Shown in pieces: positions 55,701 to 64,000 of a stretch of 64,000 bases of DNA. Every line of letters begins with the position of its first letter. Positions within the stretch are counted from its first letter, which is position 1. The notes beneath the pieces were generated by a model, which made no database searches, had not been told where the DNA came from, and saw nothing but the letters and a program-made list of their open reading frames with translations. The stretch covers positions 10,696,209-10,760,208 of the forward strand of contig NW_002060943.1 of the NCBI RefSeq assembly GCF_000150275.1, written 5' to 3'. The translations under genes and the position numbers were made by a program. The stretch comes from Trichoplax adhaerens (lineage: Eukaryota; Animalia; Placozoa).

Positions 55701-58700
55701 TAAAGTTGCATGCTTTTATACTTTTCGTAGCATTCGCAGCTACAATCTGCATGGCAACCTTTTACCTTATTTTACACATAGTAAAATTATTCTTAGTAAC
55801 ACTATTCTACTGCCGGCCATCATTAATCCGATAGTGATACGACTACAGTATTTACGTAGACATTATTCACACCAGCCAAAGTACAATGAATTAACCATAT
55901 CCTAATATATGATATACAGTTCTATTTTTACCTATAGCCTTATTAGTAACTCAACACCTTACTGTATATAGTCATCTATACTCTAGCATAGAGTCTATAC
56001 TACTACAGTCTATAGTTATGGCTACCAAATATCTCCTAGGATAAATATCTACCGTACATTATACTAAACATGGCTAACAGTCTACAATCACAATACTAAG
56101 TTACATTAAAATTATTATCACGCATTACTTGATTCAATACTACAAATAAACACTGTTACATTATTACTTGACGATTTATAAATTACTACTAACCGACTGT
56201 TTATCTTACGAATTTAGACGCCGAATAACTTTAACATTCGCTATAATAACTGGCCAACTATCGTAATCAAANNNNNNNNNNNNNNNNNNNNNNNNNNNNN
56301 NNNNNNNNNNNNNNNNNNNNNNNNNNNNNNNNNNNNNNNNNNNNNNNNNNNNNNNNNNNNNNNNNNNNNNNNNNNNNNNNNNNNNNNNNNNNNNNNNNNN
56401 NNNNNNNNNNNNNNNNNNNNNNNNNNNNNNNNNNNNNNNNNNNNNNNNNNNNNNNNNNNNNNNNNNNNNNNNNNNNNNNNCACGTATGTAAAGTGTACGC
56501 AATTAATTAAACTGCCTGTTAGTCCACGTTGAAATATGCGTATGTTTACTTTACTTAAATCTAAAATTTTAAACGTTTTATTATATTATATTGCAAATAT
56601 GAAAATGTGGCTGCTATTAAATTAACTTAATTATCAGTAGAGTCACATTATTATATACCAAAAATCTAAGTTAGCCAGAATTCTTTGCCAATGCAATTAT
56701 AATCAATATAACTAAAGCTATATTCTCAATCTAGATCGTTACAATACTTCATAGATTAGACGATAATTTATAATTAGTAAATATCGAATTTATACTCTTA
56801 CATACAGTATTTGAGAGATTTGAATGACTGTAATGAGAATTGTGCTACTGGTAATACGTATGAATAGCAATATATCATTAAGTTAGTGTTATGGAATACA
56901 ACTATAATATATGAAAGATTAATATTAGACTATTACGGCGTAAAGTGATATATCGCAAGAATATATTTGATTAGCTTGAATTTAGAAATAACAAAAATTT
57001 ATGTAGTATAAATACTACCAAAGTGTATATTAAATTATTACCGATGTTTTCTCATTTCACATTTCATAGTTAAAATAAGCTAAAGTATCGCTTTTGTATC
57101 TCTTAAGATTAGCAGACTGCCTTCAATATGCAGCTATAGGAATACATTAGACTAATTTGACGACATTTGTCGATCAAAGAATTAACCGCATAATTAAATA
57201 TAATGCTATGATTCATTATTTGCATAGTTTATTAACCCATAATTATACCAATTTATTTGTATACTGCTTTATGGCTTGGATAAAATAATGGTAACATTTC
57301 TGCTGACAGAATATAGTCCAATTTGATACATTTGGCGATGTTCATCCACATGTTACATATCTAGTTCAACATCAAGGTTAGTTCTAGGTTAATTTTAAAA
57401 TGAATCTATTACGATTTAATAGATATAGCAATGATTGCTTACTTTTTATTGCTTTTACTTTGAACGTGAAACATATATTTTAATTCATGATCACGGTTAC
57501 CAATTTAGTAATTATTGATTAGTGAATAATGAATACTTTTAAATAGTCTAGATAAGTTCATAAACTATGTTTGATGTTTAATTTTACTGGGCTTATAGTT
57601 AATGCTGCGGTAGTAGAATTATGATATAAATACAAACTATTGCGAGTTAATTTATTGTAGATTGAAAGGTGTACTAAGTTCTAACAATTGAACCGCGTGT
57701 GGCCAGATTAACATATACTTTAATGTACGTAACTTACAAAATATATATTTAAGCCAGATAATACTAGAATTTATTGTAGAAACTTATTTAAGCACGTGTG
57801 CTTGTAAAGCAAAAGTAGCGATTACCCAATAATCAAGAAGTGCACTGGAGTCATAACGTGAAGTGTAGTAATTAATCATTTCTCTACGGAGTACAGTCGA
57901 GAAATCAAGTTCTCATATATCGTTTGCTTAGAGAATGAAATGACTGAGGGAAGTAGCTCGAGCTATCATAACTACACCAGAGTTTTTGTGAATCTTTACC
58001 ACAAATGAGGGTTGTGGCATCTATATAGTACTATTTTCGTCTTTTAAATTTCTTACAAATAGGTAAAGTCAAAAGAACAGTTGCTACTATTTTGCCTAAA
58101 GAGAAACGCGTCGATTTCTTTACTACACCTCCGAATGTTATAAGATGGGCAGGTTGAACACGATTTTTGACCTTAATGAGAATTATACTAGTCTTATGAA
58201 AATGTTAATATAATTAAACTTTTCTAGTACTGTAATACGTTATTAAGTTTATTGGTGAATAATAACAACTTTCTAATTGATATAGGTGCTGGACCCCCAG
58301 TAGATCATATTAAATTAAAACAAGTTGATACAAGGCTTCCACTACATGTTTTTATCATTATGGCCGCTCTATCATGTTTAGCCATAATTTTGACTATAGT
58401 TTTTATGATTTACAACAATAAATACAGAAACGCCAGGTGATAATAATGTACTTTACTCGTTTCGAATAACACTGACAGCACGATGCAGTGCTTAAAAGCA
58501 AGATTTAATTAGCTTTAGAAACAGCATATTCATTTTAAAATATGTCTAGTTGTACTTAATTGAAAGTAGCCGTAAGATAAAACATACACGTAGTCACAAA
58601 TAGTAATGTAGAATTAAGATATCTATAAATTTTACTATAGTAAATTAATTGAAGTATGTTTGAAGAAATAAAAGAATTTAATTAATACGGTACCTAAATA

Positions 58701-60921
58701 TGTAATACAGAAGATCTAGAGTAAATAGCTCGTAATCTACCTTTAATCAATTATCATCTTCACGTATACGTAAAATAACTGACAGAATATTATTTTGGAA
58801 TTTTGATACAAAAAAGCCAAGAAATTTTCTGCTTATATAAGACTTTATTCTGTTATACTTTTAGAGTTATTAAAATGTCCAGCCCCAACTTGAATAATTG
58901 CATTTTAATCGGATGCATTCTATTGTACAGTTCAAACATTATAAGTGGAACCATTAGTATTATATCATCCGCAACTTTATGTATGGTAAGTAATATAATA
59001 CTTATTAGAAATATCCGTAGTTATAAGCAAGTTAATATCAAATTTATTCAAGCGTATAATAAACACAATTTTCAATCAATTATTATTATAAAAGGACGCA
59101 AACTCATTATACTACTGTATATACGAGTATAATAGGGATTAGAACTTACGCGCATTCCGTATATGTCACACTAGTCATAACCCAATGTTGCAAGAAAAAA
59201 CATCTGATAGTTTAAGCGCAGAATCAAAATCACAACTATAACAAGACTCATATACTTTTAGCAGCTTTTGTTCCATGAAAAGACCCCAAGTAATATAGGA
59301 AATATTATAAGTATCTACATGATATAGTTTTGTCGTTATTACTATTCTTAACTGACGTAACATGAATTCCATAGGATAATTTATCTAGGAATATATTTAC
59401 ATACATATCGTTATCTATGACCTTTTACATATTTTTAATAGATAATTGCATAGTTTTGTAATATTATCTATAAACTGATAATTAATGTTTAATGTTTATG
59501 CCCATTTACTACAAATTGACTGACTTATAAATAAAATTTGGGTTCAGTTTTGTCTAAGAGAGACTAGTGTTGTATTACAGTTCCCCCTGACGATAGGAGA
59601 TCGTCAGTATTTAGAGTCGTGTTGTAGGTTAATATTAGGGAAGTCAAACTTGACGGTAGACTCGTAGTATGATTTCTACAATAGTTTAACATTTTCCTCG
59701 TTATAAATTTCGATTTGTAACACTAGCTTTTAATGAATGAATTTCTTATCATTTTTATCGAAAGTTAGGACCATGGTTAACAACAATAGGATTTGCCACA
59801 GTATCTGGTTCTATGTTTGCTAAGACCTATCGAGCTTATAAAATTTTGACAACCAAAAAGAGAATTAATGTAAGTGCTTTTGTAAATTTACCGTATGTAT
59901 ATATTTGTATTTTCTAGATTCACTCCTTTATTCAAACGGAAATAAATATCTAGTCTATATGTTTATTAAATATATAAGTATATTAATATTGATTTCTTCT
60001 GTACATGCATAATCTGATGAAACGATCGATAATTGAAATCGATAGCCTATACATGATTATCATCTATATGGTATAGTTACAGTATTAATTCTAATAGAAA
60101 CAACCGTATTAACGACGTGGACAGTAATGGATCCAATGAAGCCAGAGTATAGAATCTTACCTAGACAGGTATTGTAATAAGTTAGCTTTATTATCTATAT
60201 GTGTAGTTAAAAAGAAAACTATTAATTATCTTACAGCAGTTACATCTTTGACGAAACAAACTAAACATTTTGCGTACTTAGTTTTCTTCGGTACTAGTAC
60301 TAGTTTTAAACATCTTAAATATATTATTAACTTTTTACTAGACTTCTCCAAACAACAGCTTTATAATTTTAGTTCCAAGACTACTAGAATGTTCGTGCAA
60401 GAACAATATCATATGGCTGGCAACAATTTTAACTTTAAATGCATTCGTGTTAATTTTTGGCGCATTTCTAGCTTATGAAGCAAGAAATATTAAATTATCT
60501 GTTATGAATGAATCGAAACAAATTGCTCTTTGTATTTATAATGTTGCACTTTTATGTATTATTGTCATTCCAATCTCATTTTTCTTACCAAATACATCTG
60601 GAGAAACATATATTGCATCGAGTGGATTAATACTCTATTGTACAACAACGACAACATGTATTTTCTTCATCCCAAAGGTATTGACAGTATTTCTGATATA
60701 CCATAATCTTATTTATGTTAGTAATAGCTCTATAGTGACTATGCACAATATTTTACTGCCTACTTCAATAATGATTAGGATACTATTTAATATTCGTATC
60801 TATTAACTTTGAATTTATCAATTTATTACAGATTAAGTATAAACATGATGTCGTTTATCCTAATCGGCGATTGTGCTCTGTTGGAGGAGACAAAAGCACA
60901 AATACAAAGATCGAATCGTGA
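49723..60921 (+). CDS. GABA-B receptor-like class C GPCR, paralog C (15 exons; exon 7 runs into an assembly gap)
   Basis: Exons begin at approx. 49723, 50290, 53373, 53709, 54738, 55218, 56218 (TPNNFNIRYNNWPTIV then Ns), 57310, 58063, 58286, 58865, 59765, 60046 and 60342. Probable last exon 60832-60921 (IKYKHDVVYPNRRLCSVGGDKSTNTKIES*), alignable to B's tail. Confidence 0.88.
56272..56480. other. Assembly gap (N run) containing the remainder of paralog C exon 7
   Basis: 209 Ns. About 54 nt of the expected 243-nt exon precede the gap, so the remainder fits inside it. Confidence 0.9.
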
Positions 60922-62072
60922 TCAAGATAGCATGAATAATCTTATAATTCAACTAGTAAACATAATTACCAAGCTACTACATAACGCATGTTTAAAGTTA
61001 TCTAATGTTAGATATAGATAACGCCTTTAATACTAGACCGAAAAAATCTTAAATATAAGACATGATTGTGTATGATCATTTTGAAAGGTGTAAATTTAAT
61101 TTCGGTCTCGTATTAATGCGGCTATAATTTGAATTTGAATTATAGTTGATAGAGAGTGTACTATTTGACGATACGATAATCCTCGAAGCGTAGTAAATTC
61201 TTAATTTTCAATGATTTTCAGTATTAATTATGTAACGATAAGTACTGGAATATCATTCCGCTAGTTATATTGCCTTCCATGCTGTTGTTGCTTATTAAAT
61301 TATAGATACATCAGCTAGGTCACTAATTAAATACCTATATACGTTAATTATTTTTAAAGATTTCTTTGGATAACGATTATTATGAGCTGTAGTAAGTATT
61401 GAGTTGTATTGTTTTTCCGTTATAGCTAGATTATATGGAACTTCATTTTATAAACCATAGTAAACTTTTATCTCACTCAGTCAGCCTATATTTATTGCAA
61501 GCCAGTAGTTGAATAGATTAAGATATAGTAGCAGAGAAACACCACATATTTGACTATAATAATAGCTATACTGTATTTGATATAGTTAGGATACTAAGAA
61601 TAGATATTACCGTGATGCTAATATTAGGTGATTGTCGACTACTACGTTAGAAATTGTTGACTAATTAAGGTACAAGATTTATGCCACTTGATTTACTGTA
61701 ATTGTGAAGATTCTCAATACCGATAGGTGCTGGACGATAATAGAAGAGTAATTATATTTTAAGTAGATTGATTCGGATTGTAGAACGTATTGATGATTTA
61801 TTTAAGGAAAGGTATTCTGCTTGATGATTCAACTCTGATTGTAGCTTATTGTGTTGCCATAAATAGATTTAACGAAGTGTACCAAGAACTCCGGAGATGA
61901 GCTCACATTAGAGACTTTACTTCGCTTTGAGTTCTGAATACTTTAGACTAGATTCTTGTAGTGCTTAATTAATTGCTCTAATATTCCTAAACTTTGCAGT
62001 AAAGTCTTTTAGAAAATTTCATTTGACTAAGACAGTTCTTTGCGTGATACTTTAATTACAATAGACTATCTG

Positions 62073-62122
62073 NNNNNNNNNNNNNNNNNNNNNNNNNNNN
62101 NNNNNNNNNNNNNNNNNNNNNN
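62073..62122. other. Assembly gap (N run)
   Basis: 50 Ns adjacent to repeat-like sequence. Confidence 0.95.
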
Positions 62123-62216
62123 AACGTTTATCGCAACTGCTGGAAAAGATAAATTGATTATCATTTTGCAAAGTGCCCGGGCAGTTTGCAAAATGACCGA
62201 CTTCGCATACGGTCAC

Positions 62217-63536
62217 GTTCATATATTACCGGTAATGGCTTGTCATTACCGGTAATGACGGCCGCGTTACTACGCCATTACTACGGCATTACCGGTAATG
62301 GCCAGCTATTACATGGCCCAATATCGGTAATGCTACCTTTGGGCAGGCCAATATCGGTATTGGTCGCTGAATCAAAAGGCATACATGAAGAATAAGCTAA
62401 TATAGCTAATATAATTGTCACAAATCCCACTTGTGATTTGGTTAGGTCAGGTGCTATAGTAATTGTGTATGTCTTCCACTAACTTGGAAGACTTCTTCTA
62501 AGGGAACACTCTTTCCTCACAGTCACACAACTACTCAGGTTTCCTTCAGACCTCTAGCACTTTTTATTCACCAGTCATTTGGTTTCTAGTCTCTACTAGT
62601 TCGTCCTAGCCCGGAGCGACTACTGCCGGCGAATGGCAATTCGCTCGGTCTTTTATACCATCCCCACTCATTTGTGGGGCATACTAGTAAATTGCTCCTT
62701 CCACAAATTGTATAAGTTACTATAGGGAATTACTCCCAGACAATTAACATGACTTAGTATGAGCTTGGATAGTAAACAACACTAATGAAAAACAACCAAT
62801 TATGGTGCCAATCAGCGAGCCTGAGCTCAGCACCAATACATGTAATTAATTATTGGAGCAGTGCGCTCCCATAAGCTAATCTTATATTAAGACAAATACA
62901 AAAATTGCTGGGCAGAGTCCAGTATTCCCACTATTGACTTCCTATATAAGTTCCAGGGTTACTTACTTGATAAACGCTCAGGAACTAGTTAAATTAACTG
63001 CATTTAGTGACGGGAAATGCCGTCACTGGGATTTCGCGACTAAAAAAAAGTGTCGGTTATATCCGTCACTGGGACTACAGGAACCAAAAAAAGTGTCGGT
63101 AATTACCGTCTACGTTTGTTCAGCATATATGATTGTATCTAGAAATCGTTTGATTTGCTTATGTTGATGTTGACCATAAACTGAGTAAAAATCTCGATTT
63201 ATGCGTTTAAAAATATTTCATAATTTGATGTGCTTACGTTGATTAGAATGCGATATTGGCAAGCCTAATGAAGACTAAGGCATTACCGATGTAATTCGAT
63301 ATGTTTACGTGGCATTTACGTTGAGTAGAATGCGATATTGGCAAGCCTAATAAAGACTTAGCCATTACCGACATTTGGTAGGCATATACCTGAGCATTAC
63401 TGGTATTGGCCAGCCCTAACGTAGCATTACCGACATTGATCAAGTAATAGCTAGGCAAGACCGGTAATGGCCAGCCCAAAGGTAGCATTACCGACATTGA
63501 TCAAGTAATAACTGGCCAATACCGGTATATATGAAC
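62217..63536. mobile_element. Non-autonomous terminal-inverted-repeat element (MITE/foldback-like) with ATTACCGGTAAT-type subrepeats
   Basis: The left end GTTCATATATtACCGGTAaTGGC...ccagctattac..tcggtaatgctacctttgggcaggcca matches the reverse complement of the right end (...tggccagcccaaaggtagcattaccgac..gtaataactggccaataccggtatatatgaac). No coding capacity; no clear TSD. Confidence 0.7.
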
Positions 63537-63559
63537 TATATACCAAAATTAATACTAAT

Positions 63560-64000
63560 TGTGATACTATGCAAGTATCTGTTCGCGAAAGATATCTACA
63601 TTACGTCATTTGTAGCATTTTTACCTATGATATTGTAAGTAATGGTCATTGACAGATTGAGCTAAGTTAGTACTGGACTTGACAGTGAAAGTGGAAAGAT
63701 AAGTATTTCGCTAACTATAAATAAATTTGCAATCCATAGTATGGAACTGCAGGACTTATTGTTATGCCTCTAGCTAAAAAGTGAATTACGTAATAAAGTA
63801 AAGTTAACAAGAAATGCAAACCATATCAATTATATCTAGACGCTTTACTGCATATATATACTTTCTTTTTACGAAAACACAGAATAGAATTAAAAAGTAA
63901 ATTGATTAATATCGCCAATCGTGATTTCACGTAATAGTATAAATAAATATTGCTTTATTAACCTCTTCATACAAACCAGCTTTGCAATAGATTACGTAAT
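63560..64000 (+). repeat. Diverged duplicate of the non-coding region upstream of paralog C (~48150-48600)
   Basis: Shared colinear blocks: tatgcaagtatctgttcg..atctaca..gtagcattttta, aaagtaaag.taacaagaaat, ttctttttacgaaaaca.a.aatagaattaaaaa, aatattgcttt. Confidence 0.85.

Noticed and set aside
55416-57309. Apparent loss of exon 7 in paralog C
   Set aside because: The exon begins at 56218 and continues into the 209-N gap, which is the right size. The apparent 1-nt slip in the last bases before the gap is probably a contig-end error.

Overview
AT-rich, intron-rich animal genomic DNA. It is most consistent with a placozoan such as Trichoplax, inferred from composition, short GT-AG introns and a GABA-B-like receptor expansion; this was not verified. 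Contents in order: (1) the 3' part of a multi-exon GPATCH1 gene (+, to 3527); (2) a convergent lin-41/TRIM71 gene with an intronless CDS (-, 5843-8305), whose upstream ~3.4 kb is densely packed with unusual (GTAC-W)n self-complementary pentamer arrays; (3) a triple CCAATCAG/(CA)n composite repeat; (4) a 9-exon uncharacterised ~604-aa gene (-, 13082-16917); (5) three tandem 15-exon GABA-B-like class C GPCR paralogs (+; A 21900-29628, B 35644-44224, C 49723-60921). These have non-canonical ligand pockets and no C-terminal coiled coil, A and B share a near-identical 674-bp tract (probable gene conversion), copy A shows signs of decay or divergence, and a fourth copy probably starts just beyond the window. 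(6) A degenerate intron-containing Ginger/KRBA2-like integrase transposon lies between A and B, and a TIR element with palindromic subrepeats lies near the window end. There are two N gaps (56272-56480, 62073-62122). All exon boundaries were read by eye.
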